From positions 95,294,001-95,358,000 of the forward strand of contig OX597823.1 in assembly GCA_951406725.2 (NCBI GenBank): a DNA stretch of 64,000 nt, in the 5' to 3' direction. The DNA is from Octopus vulgaris (lineage: Eukaryota). The notes under the pieces were generated by a model, which was not told the origin of the DNA, ran no database searches, and worked only from the letters and a program-made list of their open reading frames with translations. How positions within the stretch are numbered: the stretch's first letter is position 1; each line of letters starts with the position of its first letter. The position numbers were made by a program, and so were the translations under genes. Shown one piece after another: positions 28,554 through 45,211 of the stretch.

Positions 28554-28696
28554 CTGTAATCTAAGTCAGGCACAATAAAAACCATGCTTCCAACTTGTAA
28601 ACCATCCATAATGGTTGAAGCGAACAGAAAACTTAGCACCAGTTTCTGATAAAGTCCACATCCTCCAATTGTGCCAATCACTTCTTCGTAGTCCAT
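28554..28696 (-). CDS. SLC22: SLC22-like transporter gene B, first coding exon (143 nt)
   Basis: ATG at 28696. It encodes MDYEEVIGTIGGCGLYQKLVLSFLFASTIMDGLQVGSMVFIVPDLDY(R), a typical SLC22 N-terminus plus TM1. The donor AG|GTAAGT is phase 2, matching exon 16077-16299. Confidence 0.92.
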
Positions 28697-28970
28697 GGTG
28701 AACAAATCTCTCAGAACAAATGTGTCGTCTCCTTGAAGCAATTTCTAAATGTGTCTGTCTCTGCCTCCTTTTAATCATACATATATGTATCAGGTGCGCA
28801 AGTGAGAGTACTTGTAGGAGTATGATATGGGGAAGAGGGGGAAATGTGAATGAAAGACAACTATTTGTGATCGGGTGTTGAATGGGAGTGAGAGGGGGAG
28901 GGAAAAAGACAAAGAGAAAAATAGTGTATGTGTGTGTGTGTGCATAAATGTATATAAATATATATATATA

Positions 28971-29565
28971 CTGTTTTTTTAATTTTCTCCTGGTTTACGG
29001 AATTAATGTTGTTTTGCGGTTGAAGCCATGGCTGTTATTTCTAGTGGGTGAATGGCCTATTATGGCCGTTCCTTGATTTTGCTGTTGAATTTATAAATGG
29101 TCTATGACTATTTAATTTTTTCCCACTAGGCCGCTGGTGGCAAAAAAATTCTGCGAAATTTTTTGCCACCCTATATTGATTAATTATGAATTTTCTGGTT
29201 AATTCCGTAATGGAATCGGCGGCTTATATTTGCTGCCGATAAATTTGGCGCGAGTGCGATGATTTGAAAATTTTAGGTTAGATATTGCCGAGACAGTGAT
29301 GGAAGTGCCTCGTGTAAATATCTGCTCCGATCTGGCCGTTCTTTACTGATGAATCTATCGGCCTATGGAAGACTAGCTTGATTTAATTTAATCAGGTTAG
29401 TTTACCATTAAACAATAGACGAAACGGTGCATCGTATAAAGAATTACAGGGTAAATGTTTTTTTAATTTTCTCCTGGTTTACGGAATTAATGTTGTTTTG
29501 CGGTTGAAGCCTTGGCTGTTATTTCTAGTGGGTGAATGGCCTATTATGGCCGTTCCTTGATTTTG

Positions 29566-29566
<1 letters not shown>
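28971..29566. repeat. Short element bounded by about 110 bp direct repeats, between (TA)n tracts (pseudo-LTR-like)
   Basis: 28971-29083 is repeated at about 29456-29566. Confidence 0.7.
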
Positions 29567-29607
<41 letters not shown>

Positions 29608-30309
29608 TTTATCCCGTAATGGTTGGATGCATTTTTTTTGTAATTTTTGTATTCAATACACTTGTTCCAATATCTATGTATGCGTCTATGAAATTGTATC
29701 TATGTATATGTGTCTATATATTTGTATCTATGTATCTATGTATATGTATTTAAATTAGATATACATAGACATGACAGAAGTAAATAGACGCCCTTATAAT
29801 CCTTAAAATACGAAATACATTAAATTAAAGTTTCAGAATATCACTTCTGGAAGCTCATATCTTTTTATTAGAAAAATCTACATGGTGCTGTATTTCGAGT
29901 CCTTCAGAATGCTGCCAGTTGGTGGTGATGGCCACTTTGTAAAAGTGGTGATATTTTGAAAGTTCCATGTATTTCAATTTTTCTTTCCATTTTATTTCAG
30001 CAGGAAAAGCTCGTCTTAAATGGCCGAAACCAGTTCATATTTTCTTTGCTTTTTGCCATATTAAAGCTCACTAAGCATTTCCATCTTCTTAGTTTTTCCA
30101 ACACACAAACACACACATATACACACATACACACACATATATATACACATACATATATATGTATATATTCATATATATATCCACACATATATATACATGC
30201 ACATATAAATACATATATATATACACACATATGCATAATTATACACACACACACATATATATATATACATTTATATACATATATATAATTACATATATAC
30301 ATATACATG

Positions 30310-30342
<33 letters not shown>

Positions 30343-30399
30343 ATGCGTGTTTGTATATATACATATATATATATACATCATGCGTGTATTTATGCTTTG

Positions 30400-30680
30400 T
30401 TGTTCTTCTAGGTCTTTTTGCAAATCACTTCTATTTGCAAACCCAACACCACCTTTCATTATCTCTCCCTTCGGTTTCCCAGCCCAGAATAATGTGAAAC
30501 CCGCCGCTCTTTCGACAGGATGATCTTCATCTGAACATCTTGTTTCAGAAAGGGTTGCGATATCAACATTAAGACGCCTTAGTTCCTTAGTGACTAGAGT
30601 TGTTCTTCTTTCAGGCCTCTCTGCTCGATCTAAAAGGGTTCTCACATTCCCACAGGTCAGGTTAAAACAAACCATATTCC
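30400..30680 (-). mobile_element. RTE LINE endonuclease N-terminal fragment
   Basis: NVRTLLDRAERPERRTTLVTKELRRLNVDIATLSETR...GGVGFA. Confidence 0.85.
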
Positions 30681-30886
30681 TTGCATACTTGTTATCTTGT
30701 TTATATCAGTTCTTTGTTCATTCCTGCAAAATTGAAATACATCCGACAGCATGAATAATGATCAGCAATGCATCAATCTTATCAGGGAGGATATAAACAC
30801 CGGTGCTCATCAAATAGACATTTTGACAGATATAAGAAGCCACAGAAAATGTTACGCATATTTATACACACACACATATATGTATA

Positions 30887-30940
<54 letters not shown>

Positions 30941-30958
30941 GCAATTAAGGACAACTAC

Positions 30959-31006
30959 AGGCCTGCTGATGAGTACGTAAGTATGAAATCACTGTGATAC
31001 AGGTCT
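30959..31006 (+). ncRNA. Type I hammerhead ribozyme, canonical core
   Basis: aggcctg CTGATGA gtac-gtaa-gtat GAAA tcac-t-gtga TA caggtct. Stem I has 7 bp, stem II has 4 bp, and stem III is near-palindromic. Confidence 0.8.
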
Positions 31007-31142
31007 ATATTTTTTAAATGTCTTACTTTGAAAAATTGCATTCGGTGGGATTAGTAATATTTTTGGTAGAAATGACTAATTGTCCCTCTTAGCGTTTGGC
31101 ATGTATATATAATGCCTTCTGGCATGTATGTATAATGCCCTC

Positions 31143-31229
<87 letters not shown>

Positions 31230-31360
31230 TATTCCTCCTGGAATAATGAATAGATGGGGAGAAAACTTTGCAGATCTCTTCCACAATCCATCTGTAGTGA
31301 ACATGGATATCATAAACAACATTCCGCAAAGACTTTTTTTAGCAAATAAAATGATTTTTA

Positions 31361-31870
31361 AGGTACACCTTAGATTAAATATATATACACGAGGCAATCC
31401 AGTATATACTCCGTGCTTATACATTCTAATTTTTCAAATCTACCGCGCAAGCGCAGCTCCTTATCGGCAGTAAATAAAATGCCGGCTTTTTCAATTGGAA
31501 AATTTTCCATAAAAATTATCAATAATTAATAATGTTCAGAAATATTTGAAATTTCTATTACCAGTGGCCTATCGTGTAAAAATTTAGTCAATAGACTATA
31601 TATTATTTATATAAATACAATGTACGTTTACACACACAAGAGTTATCCATCATAGGATTCCTTGCACGCTAGAGAGGTCAGTTAAATTCCAAACCACTAT
31701 TTGGAATAAAATTTCGAAATGAATGAAAAACAAAAACATTTACTGTCAAACTCCTGGACCAATTGCTAGGTGAAGTCTTCTTCAGCAGGTACACCTTAGA
31801 TTAAATATATATACACGAGGCAATCCAGTATATACTCCGTGCTTATACATTCTAATTTTTCAAATCTACT
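31361..31870. repeat. Segment bounded by about 83 bp direct repeats
   Basis: AGGTACACCTTAGATT...TTTCAAATCTAC occurs at 31361-31443 and 31787-31869. Confidence 0.75.
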
Positions 31871-32322
31871 GCAGAATACTACATGTCTCTGTTGGACGAA
31901 CTACATGAAGATTTGAAACAGAAACACCGTGGAAAGCAGAGCCGTAATATCCTGTTTTTGCAGGACAATGCACCAGCATACACAACACATGAAACTACAG
32001 AAAATATGCGACTTTGGTTTCGAATAGGTAGTCCATTCTCCTTGCTCTCCTGGCTTGTCCCCTCCGACTACCACCTCCGTCCACAACTGAAGAAAGTCCC
32101 CAAGGGAACAAAATTTCTCTCCAATTCGGATGTGATCGCTGGTACCAACGCTTGGTTGGAGGCCCAACATTTCGATTTCTTTTTACAGGGTTTAAAAAAC
32201 TGAAGGACCGCTGCAATATGTGTGTGAATGTGAGGGAGGAATATGTTGAATAAAATCACAATTAACTGACCCTTCAGTATTTTCTTTTACCCAGAGCCAG
32301 GAACTTTTCAGGACCCCCTCAT
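31870..32322 (+). mobile_element. Mariner 3' fragment
   Basis: FLQDNAPAY and LVPSDYHL motifs. The right terminus is AGGAACTTTTCAGGACCCCCTCATA. Confidence 0.85.
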
Positions 32323-33020
32323 AAAAATCCTACGTCACAAACAATTAGTTACCTATCTATAAAATATGCTTAACATTTTTAGAAAAAATATGCGTATCAT
32401 ATTATGTGAAAAGCAATTACAATTAATGAGTTATTTAGAATTGAAGTATTTAAATGCTTTTCTATATTTGTGAGAACATTTCATTGTAAAATTACCTTTA
32501 TAATTCAATGATATTTAGAAGTAATTATATAATGCCTCAAGACAAAGATCACGTTTAAAATTACCAGTATTGTACGATGGTGCGTAACTAATAAAGGACC
32601 CCATTAAATCATACTTAATGTTCCTATCCTTTGAATACTAAATGTGAGCATGGGACATGGACATTAAAGGATGATGATAATGATAATGATGTTGATGATG
32701 ATGATGACAATAATGATGTTATGATGATGATGATGGTGAATAAATAGTATTGCCAAGAAAATAAATGCCGTTGGTGGCCAATAATTCCAACGAGAATCGA
32801 AGGAATTCTTCATAACTTCACTATTTTGAATGCAACGTGTACAATATTGGTAGTAGGTGTGATTTATTGCTCTTCGTTGTTTTTACATTTTAAAATATTC
32901 TATTTGAATAACTCGATATGAAGGCAATAACATCATGCCATATCAAACGTAACAAACTAGGTGATACACACCCAGCGGTGCAGGAAGTCAATGAGTTGCA
33001 TAAGAAGTAGCTTATATTTA

Positions 33021-33120
<100 letters not shown>

Positions 33121-33199
33121 ATATATACGTATATATATGTATATATATACGCATGTGCTCATATGCATATGTGTATATATTTATTCGTTTGTGCATTTA

Positions 33200-34340
33200 T
33201 GTGAGTGTGTACAATGCAGACAACCTTATGATTTGCAATAATGACTTCAAGAAACCAACCAGTCACCTGTTCACTTATTAATGTGGTGGTCATAAAAAGC
33301 AAGATTGACTACATTCTCACCAGAAAGCAGAAAAGCTGGTTGCTTATAAACACAAAACCCTTCCCAGGTGAAGAGTGTAGACCTCAACATGTGTTAGTTA
33401 ATAGTGAATTCAGAGTTCAGAGTAGAAAGACGCCAAGAAGCAAACCAGTTTGGAAAAGAAAGATTTGGAAGCTTAAGGATCCTCTGAATAGTCAGAGATT
33501 TAGAGAGATTCTAAATGAAGCATTTGGCAAGGAGGAGGAGGAGGAGGAGGAAGAGGAGAAGATAGTAATATATGAATAACATAGAGGACAACTGGAGGTT
33601 CCTACGAGACAACGCAATGGTTGTGGATGGTGCAAAGTCCTCTCCACACCTAAGGTGACATGGTGGTGTCCATAAAGGTGACACACCCAATGGTTGGTGT
33701 AGCAACATTATAGTCAACTCTACAAATGTAAAGGTGATACTTTAGACTGATACTTTAGACTGATACTTTAGACAGATAATTACAAAAGTATCAAATCGCT
33801 GGAATAGGTGATGAAAATTACAGAGAGGGTCAAAATTTAAAAAGGGAGATTCTTGATGGAATGCAGTTTAGTTTTGTGCCAGGAAGATGCACAACTGATG
33901 CTATCTTTTTGGTGAAGCTGCTTCAGGAGAAGTACTTTGCTTTTATTGAAATGGAGAAAACCTTTGAGGGGCTCCCCTGCTCCCTTATCTGGTGGGCAAT
34001 GCAGAAGGCTAGAGATAAATGAGCGGCTGGTGAGAGCTGTAAAAACCAGGTAGAGAGATGCTGATTGTAAGGTGAAGGTTGGCAACGAGTATAACAGTGA
34101 CTTCAGTGTACAGGTAGGAGTGTACACAAAGGATCGATTCTCAGCCCCCTTTTTGTTCATCATAGTCCTTCTGGCCATAACAGAAGAATTTCAGATGTGT
34201 TGCTCATGAAAGCTCCTCTATGCTGATGACTTTGAACTTATTGCTGAATCACTACAAGAACTAGAGAAGAAATTTCAGGTGTGGAAGCAAGGTTTGGAAT
34301 CAAGGGGCCTTAGAATTGAGTTAGCAAAGACTAAGACCCT
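33200..34340 (+). mobile_element. Highly decayed RTE-like LINE fragment
   Basis: KIDYILTRK, IWKLKD, QFSFVPGRCTTDAIF and LLYADD remnants, with many deletions. Confidence 0.7.
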
Positions 34341-35013
34341 AGAAAGCCTTAATAAGAAGCAAGGTGTGATGTTTTGACTTATGAAAATTTCAATTCAACT
34401 GCTGTTTTGTCTTATTTTTTACTTTTTTGTTTTGTTGTTTTGATTTTTTATGCCTTGTTGTCAGGAATGAAATGGTTGCCTTTGTACAGTCTGGTTGAAG
34501 ATTCCTATGCAGCCTTTACCTTTTAAAGGGGCCCTGTACAGCTTTTTTACCTTTTTAAGGCAGCCCTTATCATTTAAAAAATCTCAGTATCACCTTTTTA
34601 TCTGTTAAGGTCACACCATACATCCCTTATCCTTCTCCAACGAAGGGTCTTCCTTCTTCCCTTGCCATCTTTAAGGCTACTCTCTATAAATAAAGTCAAC
34701 AGCCACAGCATCACTGGGTTGTAGAGGACTGACACGGGAAAATTGCTCTTCTTGTATTGTATATGTAGAACAAATCAGCTGAACTGAGGCCAACCTTTGC
34801 CAAGCTAGAACCACACCTGGAATTGAACTTGGCACTACAAGTTAATGAAACACTTGTCCATTTCACAGTGCTGCCACTTCTTACTGCCAGTATGTTGTTC
34901 TTCTGCTTTCATTTTTACAATTATTACCCCCTGTTCTCAGGATTTCATTCAACCAGGAAATACCATTTTATTTGGTTTGAATCTTTTTCAAATGCATATA
35001 CATACACAGGTGA

Positions 35014-35058
<45 letters not shown>

Positions 35059-35504
35059 AAGGTGTTTATGCACTTATAGCTTTTCTTCATTATGTATATA
35101 CTTGTGCAACATTTCCTTCCACTAATTTTTTCTCTCCCCCCTCTCTCTTTCCCTTCTGGTAGGGTCTCCATTCATTTTCAAATCTCCATGCTATCTTAAA
35201 TGGTGTTAAGTTATAAAGGTCTCTGTTATTATATTTATTATTACTTTTATTATTAGTATTGTTATGCATTTATTTTCTTTTAAATTTATTTTCATATTTA
35301 TTTTTAATTCTTATGTTCCAATGTGCAATTAAAGTGTAAAGTTCTGTGGAAAATAGAATCAAAAGACAAAACAAAAAGATTTGGGGAAAATGAATAAAAA
35401 GAGAGGAAACCATTCTTTGGGGAATTTCAGAATGGTTTGAGAAACTTTCCACCATTAAAACATTAGGGTTTTTCATTATTCATGTATTTACATATATATA
35501 CATT

Positions 35505-35589
<85 letters not shown>

Positions 35590-35988
35590 AACGGAGTTTA
35601 ACGCAGGTATAATTCAAATACTTTTACTTCTGACACATGTTTCGGAGATTTCACTGATATTATTCAAAAGAATAAAATGGTGTAAAGCAATGTAATCTTC
35701 TCTTTAGGGAAGTGAATAAATGAAACTCGTCAATAAGACATTTTAACTGAAAATGATGGATGTGTATAGTGATTTACTGAACGCTATTAATATTGTTTGA
35801 AAACTTTATATGATATAACATCAGAAGTAACTTATAGAAAGAGGAGGGATATTTTTAGCGAATGTTAAATATAAAAGAAAATTAATGTTTAGATTATATA
35901 TAATGATAGAGATTACTTATATGAACTAAAGGTGTGTTCTTGCCAATGTTTACATCGGTATGCACGCTCTATAACCGTGCATACGATG

Positions 35989-36039
<51 letters not shown>

Positions 36040-36373
36040 TATCTATATACACTACCTTATAAGGGAACCATTTTGATTAAATTCATTTGCACCAAAAAAA
36101 AACAGATAAATAAAATTGCATGATTCTAACTAATTTGTTTTTTTTATTGTATTTTTTGTTTGGTTGTTTTATTTTGATTGTTTGCAAAAAATCTCATTTT
36201 GTTTTTGCTTGACCCTAGATGCAGGGTGTGTGTTTTCTGTAGTTCTACTAATCCAAGGGTGGTTGATAAATGGTGGTGTTAGAGGGTTGGGCAAAGGGTG
36301 TTGCAGTGCCTGTGTTGGATTTTGACATTCTGAGACGAAAGAGATGCCAAGTTGTATCAGGACAACACTGGTG

Positions 36374-36424
<51 letters not shown>

Positions 36425-38145
36425 GAGAGGAGACTAGAATACAGAGCTGACTGCTAGTGTTACACCCTGCCCCATCCTGTACATTCAGGTACATATGCAC
36501 TGACCACTAAGCCATGCACCTTCGACAGGTAAATTAGAATAGCAGACATAAGACAGAGACTCCATTGTAGTCATTAGTAAAGTGAAGGTAACTGTTAATG
36601 TTGTGGGTCAACAGAATGAGAAGGTGAGGAGTCATTTTTAAGTAACAGTGGCAAGTAGTGACACAACAAGGTGAACAGGTTGGTGGAACCCAGTTAAAAA
36701 TTGCAGGAAGTCTATTGTAGGAGTGAGAAATGGGGGAGAGAAAAAAAAATGAATAACGAACATTTGACAACCCCCACCCCAAATTGCTGACCAAAATTTG
36801 AAACCCTTATTAGTAAACGTTTCAGGTAACGAGATGCAAGAATTAGACAAAATGTTTAACTGCATCTCTTCTGGCTCTTGATGTTCTGAGTTCAAATATT
36901 GCCGAGGGCAAGTTTGGCTTTCATCCTTTTGAGGCTGATAAAATGCTGTACCAATCAAATACTGGGGTTGATGTAACTGACTAATCCCGTCCCTCCTTCC
37001 CCCTAAAATTGCTATCCATATGATTCTTGGGGGTCCCTGTAAGATTTTGTCATTCAAATCTCTGTGTAATAAAATATCTCATACTTTCATTATAAAAATA
37101 TAAGATCTTTTAAGCATCAAATGGCTCGGAGGTTCCTTCAGAGGAAAACAAGAAATCAAAAAAGTCCAAAGGTAGAGAAAAGTTGAGGAACTCTGGTTTA
37201 GGCTTATGTGCAACACACAAATCACCAAAATTGCTAGTCTTCCAAATTTATTGGACAAAACTACAATACAGATAAGTGGGGGGAAACGGTGAGAATTAAG
37301 CAGCGGAAAATGGGGAGGAGAAGGAAGCAAAGGGTGGTACACCCCAGACCAAATGGCACGTTCAACGGTGCTCTGTGGACTTGATTGCAAAGGCATTGCT
37401 GTGGAGAATGGCCAGCAACACTTGCTTCAGCAGCCAATCCACCTAGCAGGGCTCATTTGTCAGGTGGACCACAATTATTCTGATTTTGTGGGGTAAATCA
37501 TCTGTGCAGGGTCTGAGAACACCTGAGGTCACTACTGCAACCAGTACAAACTGATAGTGGCCGGTCAGGCTCCTGTATTTGTCTATTTTCCCTTTCCTCT
37601 GCATTATGGGTAATTCTTCCTTGTGAGATGGTGAATGATAACATAATTTGATGGGGGATGTTGTTTTGTAGTGTTCGAATGCAAAGGCAGGCATACTTAC
37701 AGATAATTCACACACAAATGAAAAGATGCTGAAGACTACATTGAAATATGAGAACAGATGTTTTATTCCATTAAAAATATTAAATTGACCACACCAGATC
37801 AAAATAAAACAAGAGATTGGAAACAACAACAACAACAGTTATTACAAGAAATTCCATGGCATCATAATGTTTGGCGTTGTTTATATTTTCGAAGAAATGG
37901 TCGTGAGAAGAATTTCTGAAACATTTCAAATAACAAAAAAATGCAAGCAAAGAATGATGTGTATGTCTATTTATAATGTGTGTGTGTGTATGAGTGAGGG
38001 GGAGAGGGAGAGAAAGAGCGAGAGAGAGAGGGGGAGAAAGAGAGGAGAGAGGGAGAGAGAGAGAGGGGGAGAGGGAGAAACAGATGGAGTGAGTAATGTA
38101 TTTGTGAGAGTTTGTAAAAAATCATCTCGTGTAGAGTCATCAGAT

Positions 38146-38706
38146 GTGGAGGCGTGTGGCTTAGTGGTTAGGGTGTCAGCATCATGATCCTAGGATTGTC
38201 ATTTCGATTCCTGGACTGGGTGACGAGTTGTGTTCTTGAGCAAAATACTTCATTTCACGTTGCTCCAGTCCACTCAGCTGGCAAATATGTGTAACACTGC
38301 GATTGTCTGGCGTCCCGTCCAGCTGGGGAACACATACGCCATTGAAACCGGGAAACCGGGCCCATAAGCCTGGCTAGGCTTTAAAAGGGCGTAGTGGAGG
38401 TGCAATTGCCCAGTGGTTAGGGCAGCGGACTCGTGGTTGGAAGATCGCGGTTTCGATTCCCAGACCAGGCGTTGTGTATGTTTATTGAGCGAAAACGCCT
38501 TAAGCACCACGAGGTTCCGGCAGGAGGTGGTGGCGACCCCTGTTGTACTCTTTCGTCCCAACTTTCTTTCACTCTTCCTGTTTCTTGAGTAACGCTACGA
38601 TGGACTGTCATCCCGTCCAGCTGGGGGGAACACATACGCCATAGAAACCGGGAAACCGGGCCCATGATCCTGTCTAGGCTTGAAAAGGGCGCATAAATAA
38701 ATAAAA
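38146..38706 (+). mobile_element. Two tandem tRNA-derived SINEs sharing a 3' tail
   Basis: Heads at 38146 and 38394 carry A and B boxes. Both end with CCCGTCCAGCTGGGG..ACACATACGCCAT.GAAACCGGGAAACCGGGCCCAT, and the second is followed by an A-rich tail. Confidence 0.8.
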
Positions 38707-39827
38707 AAGATTCATCAGATAACTCCAGTTTGTTGAAATAGAAAAAAAGGGTCTTTATAGAGATTTTACTCAGCTTTTTGAAGCAAACGAAAGTTCCAGT
38801 TGCGATTGGCTGAACATAACAAACAAAAGACAGTCATGTGATGTTTCATCCGAGCGGCCTGCTAGGCTTGCAGAAACACAGTAGTATAACCATTGGAATT
38901 CAATATTTCTTATTGTGAGACAAGTGGCCGGTTGGAAGATTGTGCACAGATACTGACAAGAGGGACATCAAATTATCTGGTAAAATAGGGGTCATTGATT
39001 GAATGAAATCCAAGCTTAAGGGGATTTGTCAAACAAATGCATGTAAACATACACAAGATATTATGTAGTAGTTTGAGGGAGATTCAGCTACTATTTCTAA
39101 CTGATCTTCCAGACATGCAGAGGTAGTAATATAATGTTATAATAAAGTCGAGGTAGTGATATCATGCTGCTATGAGGAAAGAAGCCATTCTGCCGTGGAG
39201 TGTCATCTCAGATGACAAGTCTTGAGGAGTGGCCATCAAATAGGACATGTGGAATGGTGTGTGTATATCAGTTAAGCCAAGAACTTGCATGAAGTGGGGC
39301 AGCCAATTGCACATAGCATCCACATCTAGTGAGAAAATATTAGCACTGGCAGAAGGGTGAGTGATGTGGATCTGAGATGTTCAGGTTTCAAGTCATTATT
39401 GAATTAGGCCTCTTTCAATTGATGCTGATGGATTCTGTTCATCTATTTACACGAAGAATAAAATTCTAGGTGTCTGATGAAGTACTTTGAAGGGACAAAA
39501 GTTGAGTGATGAAGTACTTGAATTGGACCCTTAATTCAACCCTTACGGACAAACACAGGTAGCCGGTCACTGGCAAATGTTGGGTGGCACATTTATGGGA
39601 ATCATCTAGACACTGTTTGGATGGTCATCAGGATTTGACATGGTTTAACATAAGGGGTGAAATGTTGCAGTGTGGACATGCTTTTCTCTTTCCACTGTCC
39701 AGTCTACCCTCTATGTTCTTGTGGTAGCCATTGTGAAATGGGAAAGGTGGACTTGGTCAGAGCTTGACAGTTGCTCTTTCTCTATACTGTATCAGTTGTT
39801 GTGGGCATCAAAACGTGGTTCTTGCAA

Positions 39828-39859
<32 letters not shown>

Positions 39860-40249
39860 TCTATGTGTGTGTGTTTTAGTGGTTCTATTATTCTTGCTAA
39901 TTGTATTGTAGTGGGTGTTTAGCCTCAAATCAATGCTCATAGACATTTATTGTTGTTGATGGTGGTGTTTGTGTTGATGATAACCAATCCTAACTTCTCA
40001 GAGAAACGTCAGAGAAGTTACCCTTGAAAGATCTTCTACAGGTTTTCTTCACCTACTTAACCCTTATGAAATTATTCTATTTATATTATTATCATTATTA
40101 TCATGCCTATTGTTGTTGTTGTATTTTCCGTAGTAGTAGTAGTAGTAGTAGTGGTTGTTGTTATTAAAATTATTATTGTGATCATTATTATTATTATTAT
40201 TATTATTATCATTATTATTATTATAGTTGTTGTTACTATTATTATTATT

Positions 40250-40723
40250 GAGTGAGAGAGCAGTTCATGCCACCAAAGTGACACTGGGGTAAAATATACG
40301 AAGCCCAATATACCCATCATGACTACCCGTCTGATAAAGGTACACCAGGCACATGCATCACAACCATATGTGCGCGACATGGTGATCTCATATCAAGATA
40401 AACAGCACATGACCTTGCAGGTGGGGCCCAGTTAGAATTTTCTTCAGGTTGAGTAGCCCATCCCGCTCAAAAGGTCCCTGAATAAGGGTTGTTTAAGGAT
40501 GTTGAAAGAACCACCCATGTTTCCAGAGGTGAACTATTCAAACCCCAAACAATCCCTCTCAACACATGGCTATGATGCTCCCCCACTACTTCTGCTCGTG
40601 ATCAGAGATGCACATATCGTCAGCCACTAAGGGACATGCTGAACTGGTTAAGGTCAAACAACTGACAAGCAAATCTGAGGTATTGAGCAGAATATTTGCT
40701 GTAGCCCATCTTTTATACCAAGA
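40250..40723. repeat. Non-coding insert embedded in (TAA)n tracts, possibly a non-autonomous partner of the R4/Dong-like LINE
   Basis: About 470 bp of complex sequence flanked on both sides by (ATT)n arrays, next to the LINE 3' end. Confidence 0.4.
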
Positions 40724-40724
40724 C

Positions 40725-43383
<2,659 letters not shown>

Positions 43384-43619
43384 CATCTTCTTTCAATTTC
43401 GTTTCCATTTCTTCCTGAGTGTCTTCCCAACACCTAGAGCAAAGAAACTCATTGTATACATTGATAGGCCATCAAAATAAACACATCAGATTGTTCATTT
43501 ACAAAGTCATGAGACAGAAAAAAGGGGGAAGAAAGACAGGGGAAAGAAGGAGAATAAAGAAAAAATTGAAAAAGAGGAAACAAAAACAATAAAAGGGGAA
43601 AAGAAAAGGAGAGAGCAAC

Positions 43620-44060
43620 AATATTCTTCTCAATACTTGTGACCATTTACCAGTTAAGACCTTTTGCACTTCCTGCAAAGGTGGTAGGCCAGGGATTATC
43701 CACAAATCACTTTCAGTTCCCTTTTTAATCATTCCAAGTTCTCCTACAATTACTGGTATTGTAACCGTCTTGAGAATCCACATTTTTTTCAATTTCAATC
43801 AGGAAATCTTTATATTTTCTGAGCTTATCAAGCTTTTTTGCCGAAATATTATGATCACAAGGTATGCTCATGTCAACCAGTGAACAGGTCTTATTGTTTT
43901 GGTCTTTCACAACAATATCTGGTTAATTAGCTTTGATGGTCTGGTCTGTACATACTGGAAAGTCCCAAAGGACCGTTACGTTACTCCCTCAGTTCCAGCC
44001 TCACGATGGTGCTTATACCATTTGTCAGCAGCTTTGATTTGATAATGCTGTATGTGCAGT
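43620..44060 (-). mobile_element. Older R4-like endonuclease fragment
   Basis: DIVVKDQNNKTCSLVDMSIP and TVTIPVIVGELGMIK motifs. Confidence 0.7.
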
Positions 44061-44155
44061 GAGAGCTAATAGTAACTTCACTTCCCGAGCGTTAAACTAA
44101 TACATCTGTATTATACTGCCTGTCTTCGTCTTGTGTTTTGTTGTGAATTCTCCCT

Positions 44156-45091
44156 ATATATATAAGAAAATAGTAAAGTGTGAAAAAACGACAGAAGGCT
44201 TCAATGTTAAAAAATATACATATTTGTGTCAAAATGTCTGAGAATATGGAAAAATTTTTTTCCTTTCTTAAAATGACATAATTTTAAAATTTTTAAAGAA
44301 ATTACCGGTTTCGCGTGTAGCTTTTCAAATTTCTTGTGACGTTATGTTTATATTGCATGGAATTATCGTTGTTTTTATTTCCAGGAGATTTCTAAATAAG
44401 GGAGGTAGTGAGTGATTTTTCCGGTGTAGGGGAGATAATCGCTTAAAAATTTTTTTCCCCATTTCCTTGTTAATTTCTCTGTGTCAGTATGTTCGGATGG
44501 TTGAGTCTGGGTTTGTACTTTTCAATGAAGAATGTTTCCTTGTTCAGTCTCATTTGTGTTGATGATCCGAAAGCACATTGGTAAAATGGGAAGATTAAAA
44601 ATTGTGGCAGTAGTTGCTTTGCGCATTTCTCATTACTGCCACAATTTTTAATCTTCCCATTTTACCAATGTGCTTTTCGGATCATCAACACAAATGAGAC
44701 TGAACAAGGAAACATTCTTCATTGAAAAGTACAAACCCAGACTCAACCATCCGAACATACTGACACAGAGAAATTAACAAGGAAATGGGAAAAAAAATTT
44801 TTAAGCGATTATCTCCCTACACCGGAAAAAATCACTCACTACCTCCCCTTATTTAGAAATCTCCTGGAAATAAAAACAACGATAATTCCATGCAATATAA
44901 ACATAACGTCACAAGAAATTTGAAAAGCTACACGCGAAACCGGTAATTTCTTTAAAAATTTTAAAATTATGTCATTTTAAGGAAAGGAAAAAAATTTTTC
45001 CAATATTCTCCAGACATTTTGACACAAATATATTATTTTTTAACATTTAAGCCTTCTGTCGTTTTTTCACACTTTACTATTTTCTTATATA
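44156..45091. mobile_element. Foldback palindrome of a Penelope-like 3' end (arms about 455 bp, spacer about 21 nt)
   Basis: 44156-44612 is the reverse complement of 44634-45091. The arms encode LPQFLIFPFYQC..QMRLNKETFFIEKYKPRLN, similar to the GIY-YIG C-terminus at 54780-54900. Confidence 0.85.
44915..44950 (+). ncRNA. Hammerhead variant with U3-A8 core (mirror copy 44298-44333, -)
   Basis: gaaat TTGAAAA gc-tacac-gc GAAA ccgg TA atttc. Confidence 0.65.
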
Positions 45092-45121
45092 TTCACCCAC
45101 GTGCTTTACCAAACAAACTTT

Positions 45122-45211
<90 letters not shown>

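Noticed and set aside
29345-29380. CTGATGA hammerhead candidates at 29346, 34223 and 39474, and CTGAAGA at 60759
   Set aside because: None has a complete stem II, GAAA, stem III and stem I arrangement. The 34223 match is the YADD codons of an RT relic.
36534-37835. Cluster of 86-139 aa minus-strand ORFs
   Set aside because: No recognisable motifs, and they partly overlap SINE fragments.
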